46,770 nt of DNA. It comes from a virus. Lineage: Duplodnaviria; Heunggongvirae; Uroviricota; Caudoviricetes. Where the stretch lies: the IMG/VR virus record IMGVR_UViG_2974624538_000001, positions 1 through 46,770 of that record; one strand, 5' to 3'. The notes under the pieces are model-generated. The model was not told the origin of the DNA. It saw only the letters and a list, made by a program, of their open reading frames with translations, and searched no databases. Shown piece by piece: positions 33,645 through 43,967 of this stretch. Positions within the stretch are counted from its first letter, which is position 1, and each line of letters opens with the position of its first letter. The position numbers and the translations under genes are program-made.

Positions 33645-34537
33645 GAGGCATTTACCGTTTTTATCAGAATGGCAAGATGATTGCAGAGCAGCCCAACCTC
33701 ATTACAACTGAGGGTCAAAGGCTTATTTTGCGCTACCTTGCTGGACAGTCCCCATCACTAGGTGCTGCTATCGGAGCTGGAGTTTCTTCAGTTGCCGCAA
33801 CAGTTAATGACACCTATTTGGGATTTGAGGTTGAAAGAGTTGGTGTAAATCTACGAAATGCAGATTACACCAACGGAATGGTTATTTTTAAGGGAACCAT
33901 TGAGCAGGATGTTGTTATGAATATTTACGAAATGGGTCTATGGTCTTCCGCTGAAAATAACCTGAATAGCGAATTCGGTTCACGACTATTGACAACTTTC
34001 GACCTAGAGCTTGAAGAGTGGACTAATGTAACTGCGGATGCCACTGCTAATCGCACGAGTGCGGATTCTATTAAGGTTTCTGTTAGTTCAAGTGCGACCA
34101 CATCGCCTCGTCTAGATGTTGATATGGACCTTTCTGGATACTCAGCGAATGACACATTCCTGCTTGCATTTAGTAAGCCAAACAATAACATCAACACCAT
34201 TAAGCTTATTTTCGAGGATGTTGTCGGTGGTGGCAATGCTTCCTTGACAAAGACCGTATCCAGCCTACCTTCTGGATATAACATTCTTCAGTTCCGAAAG
34301 GGAGATTTCACTGTCTCCGGAACATTTAGCTGGGAGACAATTACCAGAATGGGGTTTGACGTAACCGCAGGAGGAACGGCGGGTTATGTAATTCTAGATG
34401 GTCTTAGAGTAGAAGACCTAGACACCCCAAACCAAGATTTTGTTCTCGTTTCTCACGCTATCCTTGGAAGCCCTATCCAGAAGACGAATGTGGCTCCAAT
34501 GGATGTAGAATACGCATTGGACTTTAACGTAACATGA
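33641..34537 (+). CDS. Minor tail protein
   Basis: NLITTEG.RLIL.YLAG and EMGLWS baseplate-type motifs; synteny. Confidence 0.7.
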   Translation: MRGIYRFYQNGKMIAEQPNLITTEGQRLILRYLAGQSPSLGAAIGAGVSSVAATVNDTYLGFEVERVGVNLRNADYTNGMVIFKGTIEQDVVMNIYEMGLWSSAENNLNSEFGSRLLTTFDLELEEWTNVTADATANRTSADSIKVSVSSSATTSPRLDVDMDLSGYSANDTFLLAFSKPNNNINTIKLIFEDVVGGGNASLTKTVSSLPSGYNILQFRKGDFTVSGTFSWETITRMGFDVTAGGTAGYVILDGLRVEDLDTPNQDFVLVSHAILGSPIQKTNVAPMDVEYALDFNVT

Positions 34538-37500
34538 GTAGAATTCTTCTAAGAGACCTAGAGCCAGGAAGACTGTATCACATTCAGGCGAGAGCCACGA
34601 ATGGTGAGCAGTCTTCCCAGTGGTCCCAGCTTTGGGACCTTCAGACAACCAGTGACATTATGCCACCAGCCGCACCTACCAGTCTAGCATGGACTGTTGA
34701 AGGTACGGCTTTTAAGGCTGTCTGGACAGGACCAACCCTTAACCAGGATGGCACTCCACTTATGGATTTCAAGGATTTCCAGGTTAAGATTTATTCTCCA
34801 GCAGCTCCATCTACAATTGTTACATATTACACGACTGCTCCGAGATTCGATTTCCCATTCGAAATGAATGTGAATTCATTTACGACACCTCGTGCTCAAG
34901 TAAGCATTGAGGTTCGAGCCAGGGACAATACTGGAAATCTTTCAACAGCAGCTACGGCAACAGCGACAAATCCACCCCCAGCAAATGTAACAGGTTTTAC
35001 AGCAACAGGAATTACAGATGCTATTGCTCTTAAGTGGAACGCAAATGCCGACACAGACCTAAAGCATTACAAGGTTTGGCAAGGAACTGCGGCGGGTTCT
35101 GAGAATACACTCGTATACACAGGACTAGCTACTTCATTCGTATTTGATACTAATTCTACAAATCCGCAGTATTTCAAGATTGTAGCGGTTGACGTCTTTA
35201 ATACAGAGTCAGCAACAGCGGCAACAGCCAGCGCAACCGCAAAGTCTTCCCTTGCCGTAGACGTTAATCCGCCAAACGCACCTACCGGAGTGACTGTTAG
35301 CTCAGCCCTAGACTCATCTGACCCGTCAGGTGGTAGGGCTTACATTGACGTGTCTTGGACTGGTGTTGCTGATACGGACCTTCAGAATTACAGCGTCCGA
35401 TACAGCACCGGAACATCTTGGGATTACATCAATGTTCCTGAGGGCGTTACAAGCGCGAGAATCAATGGCCTAAGACCAGATACGGATTACAATGTTGCAG
35501 TTGCAGCAGTTGACTATTCTGGTAATTCCAGCGCATATACAAATGCAGGTACATACCCTATCAAGACAGCCAAGGACACATCTGCCCCGGCTGCCGTTTC
35601 TGGTGTAACAGTTGGCGCGGGTATTACAACCATGACTGTTGCTTGGACCGAGAACACCGAAAATGACGTAAAGAATGGAATCGGTACATACGAGATTCAG
35701 CTCGATACAGCCAATACATTCAATACTGGAAACCTCGTTACCAAGCAGAATTCTGGTACCATTGTTTCATTTGCAAATCTAACATCAAACACGACTTACT
35801 ACACAAGAGTTCGTGCAATTGATGCTACCGGAAATGCAGGTGCATGGTCTTCTATTGTTTCTGGAACGCCAAGATATGTGGCGAATGCAGACATTCAGGC
35901 TGGTACCATCAACGGTGACAAGATTACCGCAGCAAGCCTTAACGGTGACAGAGTAGTAGCCAACAGCCTTGACGCTAATACCATCAAGGCCAATTCGACG
36001 TTCTCTCAGAACCTCACGGTTGGTTCTACCTTCACAATGGGCACCAGTGGAATTATGCAGAGCGCGAATTATTCTGTGGGTTCTACGGGATGGCGTCTAA
36101 CAAACAACACACTTGAGATTAATCAGGGTACTATTCGAGCATCTGCCCTTCAGCTTCAGAATGGTCACAACATGCTTCACCCAGCCTATGCAGATTTTGA
36201 GTTCGTAAAGTCATGGTACACAACGAATCTCATCACATTCAATGATGGTGGAGTTTCAACGTGGGCTATTTCTGATGCAACGGATGTCACTGGAAAGTAC
36301 AACACTCAGTGTATCAAGACTTCATGGACAGGTGTGGGTACGTTTTCAAGAACTTACCTTGGACCGACATTCACCAGCTACAACGTTCAGCTTGAGGCAA
36401 ATACCGATTACATTTTCTCCGGGTGGGTTTATGTAAAGTCTGGTGCTGGAGCAAAGACGGCTGCTCTTGGAATTAAGCTAGCAGATGCTTCATTCCCTGG
36501 CCCTGTAGGAAACACTTCAATCCCGGCAACAGGAGTATGGACCAGAATTTGGGGTACATTCAATTCAGGTACTCAGACAAGCGCAGAACTTTACCTATCT
36601 CAGTATACTGCTGGAGATATGTACTGGGATGGTCTACAGCTTGAAAAGAAGGTCACTGCTGATACGGGTCCATCACAGTGGAAGCCACCAGCTTCTACAT
36701 CAATTGATGGTGGAATTATTCGTACAGGTGAAATTCGCTCAACAGCTTCAGCAAGCGGTCTTGCAGGGCAGCCAGCATGGTCAATTAACATGCAGGGTAA
36801 TGCCCAGCTTGGTGATGCCAATATTCGCGGTCGCCTTGTTGTTGGAGATGTCAACAACCCATCTGCCGATGGTGTTAATTCAAAAATTCAGTCAGCAAAC
36901 TATTCTGCTGGAACAACCGGATGGGTTATTCGAAATGATGGCTATGCTGAATTCCGTCAGCTAGCAGTTAACTCAATCAAGGTAACTGCATTTGACTCTC
37001 CATTCCAGAATACTGCAAACGCTAAGCTATTCGATTACATGCAGGATGCTAACCTGTGGCTTCAGAGCGGTTCCGTTCAGCAGAAGACTGACCCTGGTGC
37101 GTACTCGGCAGAATCTCTATTTGAGTTTACCGGGCCGGGTCTGGTATTGAGAAATGGTACTGGTGTCAAGCCTATTGCTTATGACCCAACCATTCTTTAC
37201 CGCATTTCAGCCCGTGTTCGCGCCTTTACAGTTTCTACCTTGAATAGCAATGGTACCTTTGAGGGCAACAATACAACCGGATGGACTGTTGACGCAACAA
37301 ACGGTGCGACCATTGCGGCAAGCAATACCTATGCAAGTACGGGAACATACTCAATGAGAATGACATCTGGTGCTTCAACAGGTGCTTCTTACCGTGCATG
37401 GACAAATGTTCTCGTAAAGCCTGGATATAATTACACAATCAATGCCAAGGTTAAGGCAATGATTCAGGCGGCATATTACAATGCCACGAATTATGGAAAT

Positions 37501-40500
37501 ATCGAACTTCGTGTTACATGGTTCGGAACTTCCGGATATCTTGACGAGAGTATTCAGCTTGTAACTCCGCCAGTAGATGCTAATGGTGTAATTCTAACTG
37601 CACCTACTGACTGGTTCTCAATTGGTGCTACATTTACTGCCCCGGCTAATGCTACGAATGCAAATTTTATCATCAGACTTGCTCGTTACGATAATGTTAC
37701 TGCCGGAACAGTAATTGGATACATTGATGATGTTTCTGTTACCACACCACCAAGAATTAAGCTTGGTCTATTTGGTATGGATAATTCTAATAATTTCATT
37801 GATTATGACTTTATCGATGATGCAACCACTCCAACAAAGAAGCATCCAATGCCTTCAGATTACAGCACTCTATCAGGATTCTCTTCAAGTCAGTACATGC
37901 TTGTTGCTGATAACGTAGAGGTTCCAATTGCGACCGGTGGTTCAAGCACAACATCCGACTGGATTACTCTTACTGGATACATCAAGGGCCGTGGTGGTTC
38001 TGGTGCGACCGGTAAGTTTGGTAAGTCTGGAATGTTCCTTGATGAATATAACCCTTCATCATTCAACCAGGAAGTCCGATTCATGGTTCCTTATGTTGAA
38101 TTCGATACTGCGGCGGGTTCTATTGCTCAGCTTGACCAGTTCTCTATTGAGTCTTATGAATCTGGAGCTGTAGCCAAGGTAGATACTACAGGTAATAGCG
38201 AAAGCATGAAGTCTGTATCTATTGAGAACATTCAGGATGGTACAGAATTCGACCATGCTCTTAGATTCTACACTGGAGAGATTGACGAAAAGAAGCCGGG
38301 TCTTATTGGTCACATCACAGATGGTGAGACCAATGACGCAGCTCATCTAAGAATTGTTCCGCCATTGCTTAACAGCTTGAGTGGTTACAATGAAGGTCCA
38401 TACATTGGTATTTGGGACCAGAATCCTAATTACCTTTACGACGCATCATTCCAGACAGGAATTTCTGGCTGGACCGGAATGGCTAACACGACACTCTCCT
38501 GGAATGAGACTGTTGGTCGTGAAGACAACTCATGTCTTCAGATTCAGGCTACTGGAACAATTTCTAGCCCGTCAACCACAGAGCTTCTAGGTAAGTATCA
38601 GGTATCAGTTCTTGGTAATCAGGAATTGGTTGGTCAGAAGGTAACAGTTTCCGGATATGCAATGATGGGAACTGCTACAGGACGAAATGTTCGTCTCGTA
38701 GTTAAGTTCCTTGATGAAGCAGGTGCAATGCTAAATGGATACTTCATTGAAAAGGCTGTCACGAATAATGACTGGACATACTACGCATTTGTAACTCCAA
38801 TTGTTGTTCCGGATACCTGTTACACAATTGAATTCTCATTCAGTTGGTTTAATGGTGCCACAGGTGACATTGTTTATGTTGAGGATGTCCAGCTTGAGGC
38901 GAATGATAAGAAGACAGATTTCCGCTCGGCTTCGGCAAGTAAGATTGATTTGAATGCTGAAGTTGTTAGAAGTCGTGGACCGCTTATTATTGCAGACAAT
39001 GACTTCCAGCTTCCTGCGGCCGTCATTGGTGGAACTGGTAAGCCTGATGCTCCAGGATACAAGGGTGTCATTCTTCAGAATGAGGCGGGCACTGGTGGTC
39101 TAAGACTCATCAATTACACTGACACCAATGGTTCTAGAGTTTCACTTACAACATCTTTCTTTAGCTCAGAAGGAGTTGAGGAATCTAGAATTGCTATTTA
39201 TGGTATGGCAGATGGTGCATTCCCAGGAAGAATGGCTCTTACCAGCCCTAACGGTTCTTGGGCATTGTCAACTCAGCCTGCGGCTGATGGTGCTTATCCA
39301 TATGACGTTCATGTTCATGGCTCGCTTATCGTTGATGGTCCTCTACAGTGGGTTCCGCTAACTTCAAGCGCTGTGACCCCATTTGATGCCGGACGTGCTC
39401 TTGGTGTTGCCAAGATTAACAATATGCTGGTATTTCGTGGGGCTGGTTCCTGGTCTGGTACAGCCGGTTCTTCTGGTACAGTTATCTTTACGCTTCCGTC
39501 TGGGTATCGTCCAGCGAGCCCTCAGTACATGTGTGCTCTTATGTGGAACGGTAATGCTTGGTCATCTGGTGTGGCATTCCATGTTAAGACAAACGGTGAA
39601 TGTATTCTTTGGTCACCACCTGAGGGTGCTGGTCTAGGTACATCTCTATCGATTGAGGGATGTCAGATGAATCTATCAGCCATGCCAACAACGACGACAC
39701 CGGGAACCGACACAACCGCTCCGTCAGCACCTACCGGATTCAGTATTTCTGCTGTATCGTCAGGTACGTCAACAGGCTCTTACAAGCTTGCTTGGACGAA
39801 TCCTAGCGCATCTGATACGGCGGGTGTCAAGGTTATTTGGAGGTCTGACCGTTATCCAACTGTTACCATTGCTAGCTCTGGTACAAAGACCTTGACAACA
39901 GATGGTACAGTCATTACGGTTACTGGTTCAGCGTCACAGGCAAAGACCTACACACACTCAGGTCTTCCAGTGAACAAGACAATTTATTACCGTGTGGTTT
40001 CTTACGACAAGTCTGGTAACCACTCGTCATATGTGAGCGCTTCTAGATATCTTCTGGCAAGCCCTATCACTATCTCTCCGTCTAGCTCCGGTTCTTACCG
40101 TCTAGGTTACGGAGGTATGTGGCGAAACGATGGTGACGAAGTTTACCAGGGTGACTGGACCGGAAATGACAACCATCGTGGTTTGTACTTCTATGGTTCC
40201 AACATTTACAGCAAGTTGTCAACTGGTGGTGTCGTTCGTACTCCAACAAAGATGACTATTTACCTAAAGAGACTAAACACCTCTCACGGTAACAACGCCG
40301 GGGTTGGAATCAACCTTCGTGGTCACAAGTACCAGACAAAGCCTTCTGGAGACCCAGTTGGTTCTATGACAAACGAGGGTAGCTCTGGAGACAACATCGT
40401 TTATCTGAGCCGTGGAGAGGCTGCGACAGTAACCATTCCATCTTCGTGGTACAATAACTTTGTTGTTGCCGACCCGAACAACACCGACAGACTTGAAGGT

Positions 40501-40599
40501 ATCGGTGTCTACGGTAGCTCAACATCAGACTATGCCGTGCTATATGGTAAGTCAAGTGGTTCTAGTTACGGAAAGCTAACTATCTACCACAAGGGTTGA
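34534..40599 (+). CDS. Tail tip / fibre (receptor-binding) protein, 2021 aa, with FN3 repeats and carbohydrate-binding-like modules
   Basis: Repeated PPAAPT.L..T..W FN3 units; twice SANYS.G.TGW; three CBM4/9-like segments; Thr/Ser/Gly-rich. Confidence 0.85.
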   Translation: MSRILLRDLEPGRLYHIQARATNGEQSSQWSQLWDLQTTSDIMPPAAPTSLAWTVEGTAFKAVWTGPTLNQDGTPLMDFKDFQVKIYSPAAPSTIVTYYTTAPRFDFPFEMNVNSFTTPRAQVSIEVRARDNTGNLSTAATATATNPPPANVTGFTATGITDAIALKWNANADTDLKHYKVWQGTAAGSENTLVYTGLATSFVFDTNSTNPQYFKIVAVDVFNTESATAATASATAKSSLAVDVNPPNAPTGVTVSSALDSSDPSGGRAYIDVSWTGVADTDLQNYSVRYSTGTSWDYINVPEGVTSARINGLRPDTDYNVAVAAVDYSGNSSAYTNAGTYPIKTAKDTSAPAAVSGVTVGAGITTMTVAWTENTENDVKNGIGTYEIQLDTANTFNTGNLVTKQNSGTIVSFANLTSNTTYYTRVRAIDATGNAGAWSSIVSGTPRYVANADIQAGTINGDKITAASLNGDRVVANSLDANTIKANSTFSQNLTVGSTFTMGTSGIMQSANYSVGSTGWRLTNNTLEINQGTIRASALQLQNGHNMLHPAYADFEFVKSWYTTNLITFNDGGVSTWAISDATDVTGKYNTQCIKTSWTGVGTFSRTYLGPTFTSYNVQLEANTDYIFSGWVYVKSGAGAKTAALGIKLADASFPGPVGNTSIPATGVWTRIWGTFNSGTQTSAELYLSQYTAGDMYWDGLQLEKKVTADTGPSQWKPPASTSIDGGIIRTGEIRSTASASGLAGQPAWSINMQGNAQLGDANIRGRLVVGDVNNPSADGVNSKIQSANYSAGTTGWVIRNDGYAEFRQLAVNSIKVTAFDSPFQNTANAKLFDYMQDANLWLQSGSVQQKTDPGAYSAESLFEFTGPGLVLRNGTGVKPIAYDPTILYRISARVRAFTVSTLNSNGTFEGNNTTGWTVDATNGATIAASNTYASTGTYSMRMTSGASTGASYRAWTNVLVKPGYNYTINAKVKAMIQAAYYNATNYGNIELRVTWFGTSGYLDESIQLVTPPVDANGVILTAPTDWFSIGATFTAPANATNANFIIRLARYDNVTAGTVIGYIDDVSVTTPPRIKLGLFGMDNSNNFIDYDFIDDATTPTKKHPMPSDYSTLSGFSSSQYMLVADNVEVPIATGGSSTTSDWITLTGYIKGRGGSGATGKFGKSGMFLDEYNPSSFNQEVRFMVPYVEFDTAAGSIAQLDQFSIESYESGAVAKVDTTGNSESMKSVSIENIQDGTEFDHALRFYTGEIDEKKPGLIGHITDGETNDAAHLRIVPPLLNSLSGYNEGPYIGIWDQNPNYLYDASFQTGISGWTGMANTTLSWNETVGREDNSCLQIQATGTISSPSTTELLGKYQVSVLGNQELVGQKVTVSGYAMMGTATGRNVRLVVKFLDEAGAMLNGYFIEKAVTNNDWTYYAFVTPIVVPDTCYTIEFSFSWFNGATGDIVYVEDVQLEANDKKTDFRSASASKIDLNAEVVRSRGPLIIADNDFQLPAAVIGGTGKPDAPGYKGVILQNEAGTGGLRLINYTDTNGSRVSLTTSFFSSEGVEESRIAIYGMADGAFPGRMALTSPNGSWALSTQPAADGAYPYDVHVHGSLIVDGPLQWVPLTSSAVTPFDAGRALGVAKINNMLVFRGAGSWSGTAGSSGTVIFTLPSGYRPASPQYMCALMWNGNAWSSGVAFHVKTNGECILWSPPEGAGLGTSLSIEGCQMNLSAMPTTTTPGTDTTAPSAPTGFSISAVSSGTSTGSYKLAWTNPSASDTAGVKVIWRSDRYPTVTIASSGTKTLTTDGTVITVTGSASQAKTYTHSGLPVNKTIYYRVVSYDKSGNHSSYVSASRYLLASPITISPSSSGSYRLGYGGMWRNDGDEVYQGDWTGNDNHRGLYFYGSNIYSKLSTGGVVRTPTKMTIYLKRLNTSHGNNAGVGINLRGHKYQTKPSGDPVGSMTNEGSSGDNIVYLSRGEAATVTIPSSWYNNFVVADPNNTDRLEGIGVYGSSTSDYAVLYGKSSGSSYGKLTIYHKG

Positions 40600-40657
40600 C
40601 AAGACCACTCGGTCTGTGTATATAATATTCAAAGAGAGAAAGAAGTTAAAAGAAATT

Positions 40658-40885
40658 ATGGATAATACAAAGAGACTAGAACTAACTATTACTGCTCTAA
40701 AGCAGAGTCTAGGAAAGAAGATTGCTGATGCTGAAGAGGAGATTGCCAGCATCAGAGCCGAGGCTTCCCTTTTGCTTGAGGACAATGCCAAGCGCATTGG
40801 TGAACTTGAGCAGGAGAATGCTGAGCTGAAGAGTCGCCTTGAGGAGACAAGTGAAAATGTGGCCGTTTCGTCGGAAGACGCCTGA
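40658..40885 (+). CDS. Small coiled-coil protein, possible fibre chaperone
   Basis: Heptad pattern; TTGACA promoter at 40596. Confidence 0.65.
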   Translation: MDNTKRLELTITALKQSLGKKIADAEEEIASIRAEASLLLEDNAKRIGELEQENAELKSRLEETSENVAVSSEDA

Positions 40886-41261
40886 GCCATACATCCCTAC
40901 TGAGAAGACGGATTACCCTTACGGCCTCTTTATCGTAACAGAGGCCGGGTATTTCCTCATCAGGGATGGCTACCGTGTTGGCGTGAAGTCTGATAGAGTT
41001 GTTTCTTCGTGGCATACTCACGTCTCTTTGTCCAGTGAATCAGCAGTTGCTCACATCCCTGTGAAGGGTTACATTGGCTTTAGGGATGGTACCCTGATTA
41101 GAAATCAGGCGGACAAAAAGGATTATCTGATTTCGCGCGGTTTGAAGAGACACATTGTTTCTCCGGATGTATTCGAGAAGTATGGTCTCAATAGAGAAAG
41201 CATCATTGTCGTTTCTGATGAAGAAACTAATTTTCACAGTGATGGGGAGGTGTTGAGTTAA
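40857..41261 (+). CDS. Hypothetical protein
   Basis: GAGGAG SD before ATG 40857. Confidence 0.7.
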   Translation: MWPFRRKTPEPYIPTEKTDYPYGLFIVTEAGYFLIRDGYRVGVKSDRVVSSWHTHVSLSSESAVAHIPVKGYIGFRDGTLIRNQADKKDYLISRGLKRHIVSPDVFEKYGLNRESIIVVSDEETNFHSDGEVLS

Positions 41262-41702
41262 TTGGCCGTTTCAGCATTCAAGGATGTCAATTGGGCTCCA
41301 AATGAATATCTAGCAACTGATAAGTTGAATACGATGGTATCGAATACACGGTACCTCTTTGAAAGAGCACCAAAATTGTATTACAATTCTTATTCCATTA
41401 AGAAGGATTCTGGAATTAAAATTGCATGTGGTACTGCCACAATTGCGCCTAGCAAGGCACATTACTACAAGAAGACTATCAATTTTGGAAGCTTCTTTAC
41501 TGCTGGCTCTAAGCCGGTAATTGTTACGAGTGTTACTTCTCCATATAACAGAAGAATTATTCTTTCTCATTATGGAATTCAGGGAGAAGGCTATGTTCCG
41601 GACCACAGAGGATTTATTGTGTGTGGAGCTACAGCTACTCTAGAGAAGTCACACTACTTGGCAAAGCAAATCTATATCAACTGGATTGCGATGGGATACT
41701 AA
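41262..41702 (+). CDS. Minor tail / fibre-like protein
   Basis: IACGTAT..INFG and C-terminal NWIAMG beta-sandwich pattern. Confidence 0.6.
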   Translation: MAVSAFKDVNWAPNEYLATDKLNTMVSNTRYLFERAPKLYYNSYSIKKDSGIKIACGTATIAPSKAHYYKKTINFGSFFTAGSKPVIVTSVTSPYNRRIILSHYGIQGEGYVPDHRGFIVCGATATLEKSHYLAKQIYINWIAMGY

Positions 41703-41722
41703 ATTTGGAAGGAGGCGTGTCT

Positions 41723-42004
41723 ATGAAGTATACTCCACTACAGAAGTGGCATAGACGCGACCGCCGCCTAAATCCTAACGGTTATGTTTTGGTTTGGGTG
41801 CCTGAGCATCCGAAGAGTTTTTCGGGCGGGTGGTATTATGAACACAGACTTGCAGCAGAAAGGAGCATGGGACGAATCCTTAAATCATGGGAAACAGTTC
41901 ACCACATTTCTGGCGACAAGACAGATAACTCGTGGTACAATCTGTTCGTATGCACAAGGAAGGAACATGACCGGGCTGACCGGTTGACAACTCAACTCGT
42001 TTGA
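41723..42004 (+). CDS. HNH endonuclease, 93 aa
   Basis: YEHRL..VHHISGDKTDN...NL....EH; AAGGAGG SD. Confidence 0.88.
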   Translation: MKYTPLQKWHRRDRRLNPNGYVLVWVPEHPKSFSGGWYYEHRLAAERSMGRILKSWETVHHISGDKTDNSWYNLFVCTRKEHDRADRLTTQLV

Positions 42005-42012
42005 GGTAAGGT
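41984..42012 (+). promoter_or_regulatory. Promoter TTGACA-N17-TAAGGT
   Basis: Motif and spacing. Confidence 0.7.
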
Positions 42013-42072
42013 TAAGTAATTGTCCAGGAGGGCCGGGGAAACTCGGTCCTCACTGTTTTGATAGGAGAATAT

Positions 42073-42888
42073 ATGAAGTGGGCTTTTGTAGGTGACCTAC
42101 AGATTCCATATCACGATAAGCGCGCCGTTGACCTTTTCTTTAAGGCAATGAAGTGGTGGAAGCCTGATGCAATGGACTTCCTGGGTGATATTGATGACCA
42201 GCTCGAATACAGTAGGTTTTCTGATGGAACTACAGACGAATTCTTTAGTCAACTAAAGAAGGAAAAGAAGATTGAAGAGGAAACCGACGAACAATTTCGA
42301 GGTAGGGTTTCTCCACTTCCCTTCGTAAAGAAGAATGCTGAAGGCGCTAGGGAACTTTATACCTTCGCCCGAAATCAGCATAAGGATGCCGACATGCACG
42401 CAAGTTTGGGAAATCACGACATTCGTGCAAAGGGATATATGGATAAGAAGTTTCCCGAGTATGTTGATGAAGTGACGCCAAACATGCTATGGAGTCTAGA
42501 TGACCTAGGAATCGCATGGAGGCCGTATGAGCTTCCACCGATTGAGCGTTTCGGCGGGATTTACGTACATCACGGAAACACAACCACAACAACAGGTCTA
42601 GCAGTAAAGTCCGACATTGAGAATTACAACATCTCTCTTGCTCGTGGACATGACCACCGTGGTGGTGTAGTATATAAGTCATACCCGATGACAGGGACCA
42701 CTCTAGTTGGTCTAGGCACCGGCCACCTCTGTGACCCGAGTGCGTACGGATTGAGGTATACAACCAATCCGTCATGGGAACTTGGTTTCGGAATCGGTCA
42801 CGTAATTGACAATGTTCCATTCCTTCAGTTTGTTCCCATCTCTCCAGACTACGTTTGCGTAGTTGATGGAAAGGTTTTCAAGGGCTAG
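42073..42888 (+). CDS. Calcineurin-like metallophosphoesterase
   Basis: GDLQ, GDIDD, GNHD, HHG and GHDH metal-binding motifs. Confidence 0.88.
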   Translation: MKWAFVGDLQIPYHDKRAVDLFFKAMKWWKPDAMDFLGDIDDQLEYSRFSDGTTDEFFSQLKKEKKIEEETDEQFRGRVSPLPFVKKNAEGARELYTFARNQHKDADMHASLGNHDIRAKGYMDKKFPEYVDEVTPNMLWSLDDLGIAWRPYELPPIERFGGIYVHHGNTTTTTGLAVKSDIENYNISLARGHDHRGGVVYKSYPMTGTTLVGLGTGHLCDPSAYGLRYTTNPSWELGFGIGHVIDNVPFLQFVPISPDYVCVVDGKVFKG

Positions 42889-42898
42889 TCAACTCGAA

Positions 42899-42927
42899 TT
42901 GCCCTTGAATCTCGGCTCTGCTATAAT
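42899..42927 (+). promoter_or_regulatory. Promoter TTGCCC-N17-TATAAT with extended -10
   Basis: Motif and spacing. Confidence 0.75.
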
Positions 42928-42962
42928 GAGCTTAGATAAAAAGTGAAGGAGGTATAACCTAT

Positions 42963-43307
42963 ATGGCTTATGCCAAGTCTCTGCTAGCAGTTCTTGTAAC
43001 CGTTATTTCTGCGGTTGTTGCTGCTCTTACTGACAACACTGTGACTAATGTAGAATGGATTAACGTCGCCATTGCTGGTGCTGGTGCTGCTGCTGTTTTT
43101 GCTGCGCCTAACGTTCCAGGTTCTCGTTACACAAAGGCCGTTCTAGCTATTGTTACTGCTGTTCTTACATTCCTCGTGACTGTAATTACTGATGGTATCA
43201 CGGCTTCTGAGTGGCTTCAGGTTCTTGTTATCGCTGCCGGTGCTCTCGGAGTATATGCAGTTCCTAACAAGCCTACGACCACGATTGGTCAGCCTAGTGT
43301 ACTGTAA
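42963..43307 (+). CDS. Holin-like 4-TM membrane protein with an internal duplication
   Basis: Two similar halves, each ending (V/S)EW..V......A.PN. Confidence 0.7.
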   Translation: MAYAKSLLAVLVTVISAVVAALTDNTVTNVEWINVAIAGAGAAAVFAAPNVPGSRYTKAVLAIVTAVLTFLVTVITDGITASEWLQVLVIAAGALGVYAVPNKPTTTIGQPSVL

Positions 43308-43488
43308 TAAGTGTAACGGTCGAGTAATGTTCGACCGGGTGTTTTCAGAAAAGAAGCATGTAGAACTGTTTTGCATCATCTGCGGTAAGCGATGGATGCT
43401 AGATAAGACAAAGAATAGGTTTGCTGCATGGCTATGGAAAACGGAACAAAGCCACGCCACAGCCGCAAGCGACGCAAGGCCCGTCTGA
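43297..43488 (+). CDS. Zn-ribbon protein, 63 aa (GTG start; CNKC...CIIC)
   Basis: Two CxxC pairs. Confidence 0.65.
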   Translation: MYCNKCNGRVMFDRVFSEKKHVELFCIICGKRWMLDKTKNRFAAWLWKTEQSHATAASDARPV

Positions 43489-43967
43489 GGTACTTCTACT
43501 TGAACGGGGATTTGCACAAAGTCCTCAGTGTTAATCGACCTGAGGACTTTGTTGTTTGCTGGAATTTCCCGAAGGGGAAGCGTGTCGGTTATGTTTGGTC
43601 AGATGTAAGAAAGAATCATGGCAAAGCATTCAAGATGAAGCAGGTTAGTGCTATGATTGGAAGGCATCGAGTAAACATTGAGCGTGACATTTTGGCGGGT
43701 CATATTAAGGCCCCTCAAAGAACATACACTCTAGATGAGAAAAGAAGACCATTGTTTTACATGTTCTCAGAAGAGAATATGTTCGATTTGCATGACTATC
43801 TTCTCACAGTCCATATTGGAAGACCTCGTAAGGATGGTAAGATTAGACCGAGACAGTCTCTTCCATCAAAGGCTGAATTGAGAGCTATGATGCGTCATGA
43901 CCTTGTAACGTATGTTAAGACCGAAGGCGGGGAATTTGTTCCCGTCTGGAAGGAGCAAGATTGGTAA
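43428..43967 (+). CDS. HTH (MerR/excisionase-like) DNA-binding protein
   Basis: FKMKQVSAMIGRHRVNI helix-turn-helix pattern; basic. Confidence 0.65.
   Translation: MAMENGTKPRHSRKRRKARLRYFYLNGDLHKVLSVNRPEDFVVCWNFPKGKRVGYVWSDVRKNHGKAFKMKQVSAMIGRHRVNIERDILAGHIKAPQRTYTLDEKRRPLFYMFSEENMFDLHDYLLTVHIGRPRKDGKIRPRQSLPSKAELRAMMRHDLVTYVKTEGGEFVPVWKEQDW

Noticed and set aside
34534-41702. Diversity-generating retroelement acting on tail genes
   Set aside because: No reverse transcriptase and no near-identical TR/VR pair seen
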